DNA of 63,829 nucleotides, counting the filler, from Chiloscyllium plagiosum (Eukaryota): the NCBI RefSeq assembly GCF_004010195.1. It is 5 parts of one record of this genome, joined end to end, with 100 filler letters (N's around TTAATTAATTAA, not from the genome) between each part and the next. Parts side by side here need not be neighbours in the genome. Positions count along the whole stretch, not along the records: positions 19,977 to 50,766 come from NC_057711.1; 4 more parts are not named here. One strand, written 5' to 3'. The notes beneath the pieces are model-generated. The model saw only the letters and a list, made by a program, of their open reading frames with translations, had not been told where the DNA came from and made no database searches. Of the stretch, positions 37,367 through 48,087 are shown piece by piece. The first letter of the stretch is position 1. Each line of letters begins with the position of its first letter. Both the position numbers and the translations under genes were made by a program.

Positions 37367-38086
37367 TGTTATGAAGTTGAAGATGTGTACTGTACCTTTA
37401 AGAGAGAGTGAATGCAGGTACCTATCATGTGACTGATAACAGTCTCAACGTGTACTGGAAAATTGAAAGTATGTAACATTTGCGGTAAACAAAATTGAGC
37501 TTGGTTGCTATGATTTCACAACAGTTTGAAATCAGTTTAAATTATCCCCCAACATACTAAAATCCAGTTGAATTTGAATTTTACTGTTTTAACAACATCA
37601 AACCAATGATCCAATGTTTTGGGGTATAAAAAGCTGGCATTTTGGACAGTTAGCCAGAAAATAAGCACCACCTGCCATTGTCATACTGACTGCCCGCAAA
37701 TCCTCTCTCTGATAGGTACCTTTTACATAATAAAATCTGTGCAGCAGAAGATTGAAGACAACCAAGGGAGATCTTCAGAGGAGAACCGACACCAGAGGTG
37801 ACTCCTGTAGTCTGGTTTTGAAAATTTGTTTGCTGTAAATTTAATTTATCAGTATATTGTTATAGAGTGGAAGGTAGATAACAAGTTTTTAAGAGAAAGG
37901 AGGGTTAGAGTTGTGAATAATTGTTGTTTAATGTTCTCTTTTGGAGTTAAAGAATAATTTTTAAAATTTAAATAGTGGAATTTGGGTAGTTCTCTGTCAC
38001 TCATACTTTAACAGATTACGAAGTGCGGTGAGCTTTTCTGTGTTTTTGGTTTAATTAGCAGAGGGGTTCACTACTGTGTCACAATA
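37367..38086 (+). mobile_element. Solo LTR (Gypsy/ERV-type)
   Basis: Starts TGTTATGA and ends TGTCACAATA (decayed ...TAACA). 4-bp TSD ATAG at 37363-37366 and 38087-38090. TATA-like GGGTATAAAAAG at ~37622. Confidence 0.65.
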
Positions 38087-38597
38087 ATAGTAACTTAATT
38101 TGTTACATCTAGATAACTAGTTTGTCACTTGTCTGAATAATTTATTTGTCTGTAATAGATGTGTTACTTTTCAGTTTGGTGCATGTTCTGGTGAAAGTCT
38201 CTTTTGTTTCTGTCAACAATAGTAAAGAGAAATAAATTGACCCTTTTTTGTGACTGAATAAGAAATTGATACTTTTGGTGCAGTTCAATGTTTGATTCCA
38301 ATGTAGTCCTCCTGCCAGATTTGTAACAAATGACAGAACTTACATTGATAAAGTCCATCTGGTGTTGACAATGCATATTGAAGAACTGGTCTTATCCTCA
38401 ACCTCAAGAAGATTTGAATTGTTTACCAACCCTTTCTCCATGTGGCTCCGAAAATATAGATGACATGTCAAGACCCTTGAGAAGTACCATCAATGCTGTT
38501 TGAGACAGATTCTCCACATCAGTTTGAAGGACAGATATACGAACTTTAGCATCCTTGAGGGATCCAATAGCATCAGCATTGTAACCGTGACTATCCA

Positions 38598-38730
38598 AAA
38601 GCACCTCCACTGGGTTGGCCACGTGCTGAGGATGCCTGAGTTCTGATTATCAAAGCAAGTCTTCTTCATTCAGCCCAAGGAAGACACTTGAATGAGATGA
38701 GAACAAAGGAAGAATTTCAAAGATTTCCTG
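38598..38730 (+). mobile_element. RTE-clade LINE C-terminal remnant
   Basis: Translates HLHWVGHVLRMPEF*LSKQVFF...EQRKNFKDFL, matching the RTE motif LRWxGHVxRM..RLPKQ..GGQRKRFKD. Confidence 0.7.
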
Positions 38731-39394
38731 ACTATGACAACAAATTCTAGCCTCCCTCCTTTCTGTTGCCTTTCTGTTTGGTGTTTTTCTGTTTTCTTCT
38801 GAAACTAATACTGTTTCCATTCACAGATTTTTTATTACTCAAACCTCATTTTTGATTCCCATATGACCATTTCCCACATGTAAGTGTTATATGAAATATC
38901 ACGGGTATCTGACAGATCTGATGCCTCTCAGATTTTTGATATCTGGGGCTCAGCTGAATAAATACTGTGGATTACTGGAATATTATTTTGGAATTCTTCC
39001 ATAACCATGATCTCACACATGTTGTCGAAATTTATCTCCAACTTCAATGAGCACGAACCATTGATCCCCCAGCTTTCCGTTCTCTCTTGAAAATTCTACA
39101 AGTGTTTGATTAGATTTCTTTTTTATAGTTCTAAATTTTAATTAATCAGCTTCAGGGACAAGCTCATAAGCATTTCGTGTTGTTCTTTTAACAACTTCAC
39201 AATCGGCAGATTTTTTTTTTCTGACAACATGGTGTACACATTCATAACTTTACCTATCAGTGTGTACCCTCGAGATCCAATATTCTTTTAGCAGTTCAAC
39301 TTCACACATATGATTTCAAATGAGGTAAAATATCTGAAAATGTGTTGCTGGAAAAGCGCAGCAGGTCAGGCAGCGTCCAAGGAACAGGAGAATC

Positions 39395-39422
39395 GACGTT
39401 TCGGGCATAAGCCCTTCTTCAG
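39395..39422 (-). ncRNA. Minimal hammerhead ribozyme core
   Basis: Reverse complement reads CTGAAGAAGGGCTTATGCCCGAAACGTC. Confidence 0.78.
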
Positions 39423-39449
39423 GAATGAGGCATAAGCCCTTCTTCATTC

Positions 39450-39477
39450 CTGAAGAAGGGCTTATGCCCGAAACGTC
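39450..39477 (+). ncRNA. Minimal hammerhead ribozyme core
   Basis: CTGAAGAAGGGCTTATGCCCGAAACGTC. Confidence 0.78.
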
Positions 39478-39660
39478 GATTCTCCTGTTCCTTGGATGCT
39501 GTCTGACCTGCTGCGCTTTTCCAGCAACACATTTTCAGCTCTGATCTCCAGCATCTGTAGTCCTCACTTTCTCCTCGAGGTAAAATATCTTCCAATTATA
39601 TCCTCTGTAAAATTTCGGTACAAAATATGGATTTCAACCAAACCCCTTATTAGAATCAGT

Positions 39661-39946
39661 GGTGCCTCACAGCACCAGGGTCCCTGGTTCAATTCCAGCC
39701 TCAGGTGACTGTCTGTGTGGAGTTTGCACATTCTCCCCGTGTCTGCGTGGGTTTCCTCTGGGTGTTCCAGTTTCCTCCCACAGTCCAAAGATGTGTACAT
39801 CAGGTGAATTGGCCATGCTAAATTGCCCGTAGTGTTAGGTGCATTAGTCAGAGGGAAATGGGTCTGGGTGGGTTACTCTTCGGAGGGTCGGTGTGGACTG
39901 GTTGGGCCGAAGGGCCTGTTTCCACACTGTAGGAAATCTAATCTAA
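39661..39946 (+). mobile_element. HE1/V-SINE-type SINE lacking the A box
   Basis: B box GGTTCAATTCC, V domain, tail GGGCCGAAGGGCCTGTTTCCACACTGTA...(AATCT)n. Confidence 0.88.
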
Positions 39947-40494
39947 TTATGTGTTCCCATGCCTGCTGGTGCAATTTTCCTTTCATCCCCCTTAATTTTA
40001 AATTCACCACTAACCTGATGAGAAAAATGCCCTGGCATTTGGTAAAAGCATAACATGTGGAACACAAGGCTCTTCTGGTGCAGAGGTACCTTCTACCTTT
40101 GAGCTGGAAAACTCAGATTTAATTCCCAGCATCTTGGAATAGCTTGACCCAAAATATCTTAAATATGACACGAGATACCACTGACACCAAAGTAGGCCTT
40201 GCAGATCTCCGATATAAGATTCTGCCCAAAGTCTTTTCACTATAGGGAATGTATAAAGATTTGCAATAGAATCAATGCATCCCATCCTATCTGTGCTAAC
40301 CAGAACAGAGCTATCTAGTCTTCCCCAATCCCCAAATCTGTGCGGAAACGCAGGATGAGGAATCTGTGGCTTGCATGTGACTGTGCTCCTGAACCAAACT
40401 TGCTCGAGCCATCTTTTATCTTTGAACCTGAGTCCACGCTTTTGGATAATCAGCTTCATGAAATATTACAGCAAATCTGAGAAAATCATCAGAA

Positions 40495-41110
40495 CATAAG
40501 AAGGCATTTGGTATGCTTTTGGAGTTGGAAGATCATGCTGCGGCTGTACAGGACAGTGGTTTGGCCACTTTTGGAATGCTGCATTCAATTCTGGTCTCCC
40601 TGCTATCGGAAAGATGTTGTGAAACTTGAAAGAGTGCAGAAAAGATTTACAAGGATGTTGCCAGGGTTGGAGGGTTTGAGCTATAGGGAGAGGATGAGTA
40701 GGCTGGGGCTATTTTCCCTGGAGCGTTGGAGGCTGAAGGGTAATCTTATAAAGGTTTATGAAATCATGAGGTGCGTGGGTAGGGTGCGCGGGTAAGGTGT
40801 TTTCCCGAGGTGCTGGGGAGTCCAAATATGGAGAACACAGGTTTAAGGTGAGAGGGGAAAGATTTTTAAAAGAGACCTAAAGTGCAACATTTTCACATTG
40901 AATCTGGTGCATGCATACAGTGAGTTGCCAGAGGAAGTGATGGAGGCTGGGACAATTATAGCATTTAAAAGGCATTGGATGGGTGCATGAATAGGAAGGG
41001 ATAAGGGCCAAATGTTGGCAAATGGAACTAAATCAGTTTAGGATATCTAGTCAGCATGGATGAGTTGGACCGAAGTGTCTGTTTCTGTACTGCACATCTC
41101 TACGGCTCTG
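40495..41110 (+). mobile_element. HER1-type CR1 3' fragment
   Basis: ORF 40508-40795 (FWSPCYRKDVVKLERVQKRFTRMLPG). Confidence 0.9.
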
Positions 41111-41114
41111 AATA

Positions 41115-42785
41115 GAAACAGCTGTAGGCTATTCAGCCCTTTGAGTCTGCTCTCGAATTCAATAAGATCATAGCTAACCTGATTGTGACCTTAACCACAC
41201 TTTTCTGGCCTTCAATAACCCCCAGTGGGTGACAAATCTATCTGGTTCAAAGCTGCGTGTTTTCATTGACTCAGCTTCTCTTGCTCTCTGGGAAAGTGTA
41301 TTTCAATGTTTCACAAGGTGAGATAAAATTTGTTTTTGTCTCAGATTTAAATGGAAAATACCTTGCTCTGAGTAAACATTTTCAAACTCCCTACCTGTCA
41401 AGCCCCTCAGGATCTGAAATGTTTCAATAAGATCAAGCCATAGAACCATAGAAAAGGTACAACACAGAAAGAGGCCATTCAGCCCATTGTGTCTGCACCA
41501 GTCAAGAAAACAAAATAGCCATCTACTCTAGTGCCAGCTTCCTACACCAGGTTTTAGCACGACAGGTTCAGGTTCCTTTTAAATTCAGCTGAGGGTTTGC
41601 ATCTTGATGTTCAAAGCAAACACCAACTACTCTCTGGTGATGATTTGGAGATGCTGGTGTTGGACTGGGGTGTACAAAGTTAAAAATCACACAACACCAG
41701 GTTATAGTCCAACAGGTTTAATTGGAAGCACACCAGCTTGCTATAGACTATAACCTGGTGTTGTGTGATTTTTAACTTTGTACTCTCTGGGTGAAGCTGT
41801 TTTTCAGCTCTAAGCCTTCTACAAATTGTCTTAACTTTGTGACTCCTGGTAACTGACCTCACTGCAAGGGAAAACACTCTTACCTGTCTTCCCTTACTTG
41901 GGCCCCTCATTGTTTGGAATGGCCCAATTATACAAACTCACAGCTACATCTCTTCCAAGGTAAGCAACCCAAGCCAATCTAATCTTTCCTCATAATTACA
42001 ACTGTCAGTATTCCTGCCAGTAGTCTTGCTTTCTCTCTTTCAGAGCAGAACAATTGTATTCTTTCTGAATCATAGTGACCAAATCAGTGTACGATCTCTC
42101 AGCTGTGGCTGAACCAGCAATTCACACTGCTGAGCATTACAATACTGTATTCTCAACTTCATCCAAAAAAATGAAAGCATCCTATGTTCTTTCTTTACCA
42201 CTTCATATATCTATCGTGCCACCCTTCAGGACCTGTGAACATAGAAACAACAAAGAGACAGAGCACAGGAACAGGCCCTTCGGCCCTCCAAACCTGTGCT
42301 GATCATCACGCCCGAACTAAGCTAAAAACAACAAACCTTCTGCCCTTATTCAGTCTGTAGCTTTCTATACCCTCCATATTCATGTAACCATCCAGATGCC
42401 TCTTAAATGTTGCCAATGTATCTGCTTCCACCACCACTTCAGGTATTGCATTCCAGGCTGCTACCTCTCTCTGCGTGAAAATTTTCCCTCTTACATTTCC
42501 CTTACAGTCTCCCCCCTCACCTTGAATCTGTTGCCCCTTGTAACTTAAATGTCAACCCTGGGAACAACTATCCTCCTTATCTATGTCTATAATTGTCCAA
42601 GACCACTATCAGGTCTCCTCTCCATCGCTGTCTTTCCATTGAAAACAATCCTAGTCTTTTTAACCTTTTTAACCTCACTCCCCAAGGTCCCTCACTCCTT
42701 CCATTCCGCTCATTACCCATCTATTTATTACGCATTCTCTTGCTTTGTTTACTTTCCTTAATTGTATGACTTCACACTTCTCCAC
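41115..42785 (-). mobile_element. Stack of several old minus-strand CR1 3' fragments
   Basis: Tail starts at ~41115, ~41438 (CATAGAACCATAGAA) and ~42240 (CATAGAAAC...CAGGCCCTTCGGCCC). Confidence 0.65.
41641..41780. mobile_element. Fold-back PLE-B mini-element
   Basis: CAAAGTTAAAAATCACACAACACCAGGTTATAGTC inverted against GACTATAACCTGGTGTTGTGTGATTTTTAACTTTG. TSD TACTCTCTGG at 41628 and 41781. Confidence 0.85.
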
Positions 42786-42787
42786 AT

Positions 42788-43110
42788 AAAAGTTAAAAAT
42801 CACACAACATCAGGTAACTGTGCAAGCTTTCGGAATGCTGTTCCTTCATCAGGTAGCCAGTAGGGCAGGATACGTAGGAGACAGAATTTATAGCAAAAGG
42901 TCATAGTGTCATACAACTTGTGTAATGTTTGTTCAATATAGTTGTATGACACTATGATTTTTTGCTATAAATTCAGTGTCCTTTATTTCTGCCCACTAGC
43001 TACTGGACAAAGGAACAGCACTCCAAAAGTTTGCACATCTAAATAAATCTGTTGCACTGTCGCCTGGTGTTGTGTGATTTTTAACTTTGTCCACCCCAGT
43101 TCAGAATCAG
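42788..43110. mobile_element. Fold-back PLE-B element with an intact minus-strand HHR at 42824-42852
   Basis: Arms of about 140 bp around a 21-nt spacer. Reverse complement CTGATGA-A-GGAA(CAGCA)TTCC-GAAAGCTT. Confidence 0.82.
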
Positions 43111-43197
43111 CCAGGATTCATGATGAAGGACTTATGCACGAAACATTGGTTCTTCTGTTCCTTTAATACTGCTTGACCTGCTGTGCTTTTCCAGCAC

Positions 43198-44090
43198 CAT
43201 AGAGTCATAGAGATGTACAGCATGGAAACAGACCCTTCAGTACAACCCATCCATGCCTACCAGATATCCCAACCCAATCTAGTCCCACCTGCCAGCACCC
43301 GGCCCATATCCCTCCAAACCCTTTCTATTCATATACCCATCCAAATGCCTCTTAAATGTTGCAATTGTACCAGCCTCCACCACTTCCTCTGGCAGCTCAT
43401 TCCACACACGTACCATCCTCGGTGTGAAAAGGTTGCCCCTTAGGTCTCTTTTATATCTTTCCCCTCTCACCCTAAACCTATGCCCTCTAGTTCTGGATTC
43501 CCTGACCTCAGGGAAAACACCTTGCCTATTTATCCTGTCCATGCACCTCATAATTTTGTAAACCTCTATAAGGTCACCCCTCAGCCTCCGATGCTCGAGG
43601 GAAAACAGCCCCAGCCTCTTCAGCCTCTCCCAATAGCTCAAATCCTCCAACCCTGGCAACATCCTTGTAAATCTTTTCTGAACCCTTTCAAGTTTCACAA
43701 CATCTTTCCAATAGGAAGGAGACCAGAATTGCACGCAATATTCCAACAGTGGCCTAACCAATGTCCTGTACAGCCTCAACATGACCTCTCAACTCCTACT
43801 CAATACTCTGACCAATAAAGGAAAGCATACCAAACACCTTCTTCACTATTCTAGCTACCTGTGACTCCACTTTCAAGGAGCTATGAACCTGCACTCCAAG
43901 GTCTCTTTGTACAGCAACACTCCCTAGGACCTTACCATTAAGTATATAAGTCCTGCTAAGATTTGCTTTCCCAAAATGCAACACCTCACATTTATCTGAA
44001 TTAAACTCCATCCGCCACTTCTCAGCTCATTGGTCCATCTGGTCAAGATCCCGTTGTAATCTGAGATAAACCTCTTCGCTGCCCACTACT
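43198..44090 (-). mobile_element. Well-preserved HER1-type CR1 3' fragment
   Basis: ORFs 43279-43782 and 43796-44011, with a (CATAGAGT)n tail. Confidence 0.93.
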
Positions 44091-44528
44091 ACTTTTCTGT
44101 AATCTCAGCCAAAACCACTGATAATCCTACAGCTGACAACTATTTTATGGTATCAGCCTCTTGCCCAATTTTTGAGTCATTTCCCAGTCTTACCTCTGTC
44201 ATTTAAGTCCAAATCATTAAATATAAAATAGGCAGCATGGGCTCCAACACTCAGCTCTCTGGCACACCACTGAAAACCACTCTCCATTCTCCAACATTAA
44301 CCAATATCTTTCAGTGGAGGTGCCGGTGTTGGACTGGGCTGGACAATGTCAGAAATCACATGACATGAGGTTAGAGTCCAACAGGTTCATTTGAAATCAC
44401 AAGCATTCGGAGCGTCATCCCTTCATCAGATCGAGTGAAAAGGAAGTACACAGACACAGAATTTATGGGTAGAGAGACCAAAAGGTCATACAAATGGTGT
44501 GAATGGAGGGTCAGATAATAAATCTCTG

Positions 44529-44659
44529 ATTCCTGAAGAAGGGCTTATGCCCGAAACGTCGATTCTCCTGTTCCCTGGATGCTGCCTGACCTGCTGCGCT
44601 TTTCCAGCAACACATTTTCAGCTCTGATCGCCAGCATCTGCAGACCTCACTTTCTCCTC
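44529..44659 (+). mobile_element. PLE-A mini-element starting at an intact HHR (44533-44560)
   Basis: 12-bp TSD AATAAATCTCTG at 44517-44528 and 44660-44671. Confidence 0.9.
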
Positions 44660-44711
44660 AATAAATCTCTGCAGGTGACCAATGGTGTTCGACAATGTGA
44701 GTGAAGTGTCA

Positions 44712-44913
44712 GAGTCAAAAAGTGTGGTGCTGGAAAAGCACAGCAGGTCAAGCAGCCTCCGAGGAGTAGGAGAGTCCACACTTCGGGCTGATGAAGGGCT
44801 TATGCCTGAAACGTCGACTCTCCTGCCCCTCGGATGCTGCCTGACCGGCTGTGCTTTTCCAGCGCCACACTTTTCGACTCTGATCTCCACCATCTGCAGT
44901 CCTCACTTTCTCC
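44712..44913. mobile_element. Fold-back PLE-A mini-element with HHR at 44788-44815 (+)
   Basis: TSD TGAGTGAAGTGTCA / TGAGTAAAGTGTCA at 44698 and 44914. Confidence 0.9.
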
Positions 44914-45047
44914 TGAGTAAAGTGTCAATAACTGAATAGCAACCGAAGGGATGACCTATAATCCAATTAAATGAAATAGAGAGATAATTACAAAAAAATT
45001 AAAATGAGGTGGTGCTGAAGATAAACTAAATGGACTGGAATAACATG

Positions 45048-45242
45048 GAACTAAAACGGTGCTGCTGGAAAAGCCGAGGAGGTCCAGGTGCATCTGTGAG
45101 GAAAAGCCAGAGGAAGGGTCACTGGACCAGAAACATTAACTCTGATATTTCTTCAGAGATGCTGCCAGACCTGCTGAGCTGTGCCAGCAGCCCCTGCCCT
45201 TGCTCCTGATTTACAGCATCCACAGTTCTTTCTGTTTAATTT
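45048..45242. mobile_element. Fold-back PLE lineage D mini-element with a decayed HHR at ~45108-45137
   Basis: 15-bp TSD GACTGGAATAACATG at 45033-45047 and 45243-45257. Stem II GGTC(ACTG)GACC. Confidence 0.82.
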
Positions 45243-46072
45243 GACTGGAATAACATGACAGAAATGAGAGTCCCATGCCTACAGTCTAACCAAAGTAATA
45301 AGTATTTCAAAACTGTACAACTAATTAAGGCAGAGAGATCTAAACAATTTATCAAGGTGATCTTATCAAAACAGGATAATAGGGGAGATTTTACAGATAC
45401 AGAGCAGTATGGTGGGGTCACATGTAGTGCGGCATGAACCCAGGATTACGGCTGAGGCTGTCTTCATGCTTACAGAACCTGCCTATCAGCCTCTGCCAGG
45501 CGATTCTGCGTTGTTGTGTATCATCAACGCCACCTTGGAGGGCACTTACCTGAAAATGGGAGGCTGAATGTCCCTGACCGCTTAAGTGTACCCGACTGGG
45601 AGGCAACACTCCTGTCTGCAATTGTTGCGCGGTGTCCATTCATCCGTTGTAGTAGCATCTGCCTGGTCTCGCCAATATACCATGGCTCAGGGCAGCCTTG
45701 CCTGCAGTGTATGAGATAGACAACATTGGCCGAGTCACATGAGTATCTGCCGTATACGTGGTGGGTGGTGATAGTAGTATCCATGCCGATGATCTGACAT
45801 GTCTTGCAGAGGTTGCCATGGCAGGATTGCATGGTGTTGTGGTCGATGTTGACCTGAAGGCAGGGTAGCTTGCTGTGAATGATAGCCTGTTTAAGGTTTG
45901 GCGGTTGTTTGAAGGGGAGAACTGGAGGCGTAGGAAAGGTCTTGGCGAGATGTTTGTTATCATCAATGACATGTTCTTCGCAGCCTTCAACATGTAGTCT
46001 CTTCGTTCCAGGGAAGTACTCGATGACGAAGGGTATTCTATTGGTCTGTCTGTTGATGAGGTTGTAGCGAAA

Positions 46073-46390
46073 AACAGTATTGAAACAGACCCTTCGGTCC
46101 AACTTGTCCATGCCGACCAGATCTCCTAAGTTAATCTAGTTCTATTTGCCGGCATTTGGTCCATATCCCACTAAACCCTTACTATTCATCTACCCATCCA
46201 AATGCCTCTTAAATGTTGTAATTGTACCAGCCTCCACTACTTCCTCTGGCAGCACATTCCATACACGCATCAGCCTCTGAGTGAAACAGTTGTCCCTTAT
46301 GTCCGTATTAAATCTTCCCCCTCTTGTCTTAAACCTGTGCCTTTCGCTTTTGGACTCCTGTACCCTGGGAGAAAGGCTTTAACTATTCAT
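46073..46390 (-). mobile_element. HER1-type CR1 3' fragment
   Basis: GAAACAGACCCTTCGGTCCAAC...CCATCCAAATGCCTCTTAAATGTTG. Confidence 0.85.
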
Positions 46391-46554
46391 CGTTTTGATT
46401 TGAATCAGTTCTGAGAGTTCAGAAAAAAACTGTTACTGAGCAGACGTAATTGGCTTAAATCAGAACAGTCTTTTGGGTTTTGTGGGGGTGGCAGGAGGAA
46501 ATTTGTGTCCTACTAGCTTATTGAATTCTCTATGATTCTAAATAACTCACTAAC

Positions 46555-46733
46555 CTCCGTTCCCACCCTATGGATGCTTATTGAACCCCATTGATAATTC
46601 ACCACTCGTGCAGTTGAGGGTCCAAGAGACAGTCCTGATGATGCTCCCTCTGATGCTTCAGCACTGTCATTCTGAGAGGTCAACGACCTTTCCTCTGGGA
46701 GAGCCAGGCTGGTCCATGGGAGTGTGGACGGAC
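46555..46733 (-). CDS. Candidate internal exon of an unidentified host gene (179 nt, phase 1 to phase 0)
   Basis: Branch-like GCTAAC, pyrimidine tract TCTTCTGCTTTCTGTGCCTCACAG|G, donor GAG|GTTAGT. One open frame: PSTLPWTSLALPEERSLTSQNDSAEASEGASSGLSLGPSTARVVNYQWGSISIHRVGTE. Confidence 0.5.
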
Positions 46734-47149
46734 CTGTGAGGCACAGAAAGCAGAAGACATTGTCGTCACTAGTTAGCAGCGTTGTTCAACGCTTGTCATT
46801 TCCATTGAAACGCCAACAAGTGTTACATACTCGAATATTGGAAGACAAATGTCTCTGCATCCCTGCTGGAGTGGGCCTTGTCTCCTGTGTGGGAAGATAT
46901 ACATTACTGAACATAGACAATCTAGCCCCACGGCTCAGTAAGACCTGAGTCTGGATATGTCTGCAGAATGTCTTACCCAAGGGGTAAAGATCTGCAACAG
47001 AGGGAACACCAAAGGAAAACTCAAAGCCCCATTCAAACTATGCCCTAATGAAACCGACTGATAGATAAAACACTTGGATGTAGCTGTTCTGTTCATGACA
47101 CCATCATAACATCTAAATAATTATTTTGTTGAGCCTTAATGAAGCAGAT

Positions 47150-47900
47150 GTAATTATTGGTGCTGGAAACTTTGCCCGTTGACACACAGACAGAAAAATT
47201 ATCTCATTATTCCCTTCAACTCATCTATCCATGATTATGTTAAGTGTTGATCAAAGATCATTACGAGGACAATGCGGCCATAAAGTTCCAGCTTATTAAC
47301 CTACTAATAAGTGCTCTGCTCAATTTAAAGCCAATGATCTTTGAATCATAAGCAGTGCTGTGCATCAAGCTTTTTTTATCTCATGACTTCTGCAATGCAT
47401 GCAGATAACTGTGCTTTTCTTTATCTCTTTCATTATTGTGATTAGCCTTGGGTAATTAATACTTTTTTCTCAGCTTACAATCCAATAAAGCAGTTATTGC
47501 TGCAATGAGTGTCCAACTATTCGACACTATGAATGTTGATAAACAGTGTGATTGAGTTTAATGAAGCAAGCAGAACGTAATCACAACCTTTCTTGTAAAA
47601 TTGATGCAAGGGGGTATTAACTTGACTATTATAAAATGCAAAAACTATTATTTTGTAAGTAAAATGAAAAGGTTATAAATTGATAGGCAGATTTCAAAGT
47701 GTGCTCCATCTTAAGTTTCATATATCACCCTTTAATTTAGCCTGACCTCTTGCATCATAATGTGTTTAGCCATTGGTGGCAGGCTGAATTCTAACTTTTT
47801 CTTTCTTACACGCTCAATGTTTTCTCTATTAATGTAAGGTCAAATTTTATTGGTTATGAGAAGTGACTTATTGCTTTGGGAGCCACTCAAATTTTGAGGC
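47150..47900. promoter_or_regulatory. Repeat-free island with clustered TCF/LEF, posterior Hox/Cdx and Sox-like motifs (candidate enhancer)
   Basis: ATCAAAG 47250, ACAATG 47269, GCCATAAA 47277, CTTTGAA 47339, CCAATAAA 47482, TTTTATTGG 47845. Confidence 0.4.
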
Positions 47901-48087
47901 CACAAATTTGAGATCTAATGGCCAGAGAAGCAAAGAGAGAGAGAACTCTTGATTAACTATTGATTGATCTTGCCATGCCCTCTGGGTTTGAAGACAACAT
48001 CCATAAGTTGCTGTGGTACCAGCAGACGAGTAGCAGTGTTTTTATTTTAAATTAATTAGATGTTTAGGTCATCATGACGTCTTTCTG

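Larger units (their letters stand above)
39336..39576. mobile_element. Young fold-back PLE-A mini-element with intact HHRs in both polarities
   Basis: 14-bp TSD GAGGTAAAATATCT at 39322-39335 and 39577-39590. Arms are about 90 bp and near-perfect. Confidence 0.93.
44314..46072 (-). mobile_element. Neptune-like PLE (lineage C) 3' part carrying three nested PLE mini-elements
   Basis: ORFs 45524-46111 and 45418-45639: FKQPPNLK, CHGNLCKTC zinc motif, SCDSANVVYLIHC, YIGET...QRMNGHR (GIY-YIG). Pseudo-LTR with a decayed HHR at 44401-44429. Confidence 0.88.
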
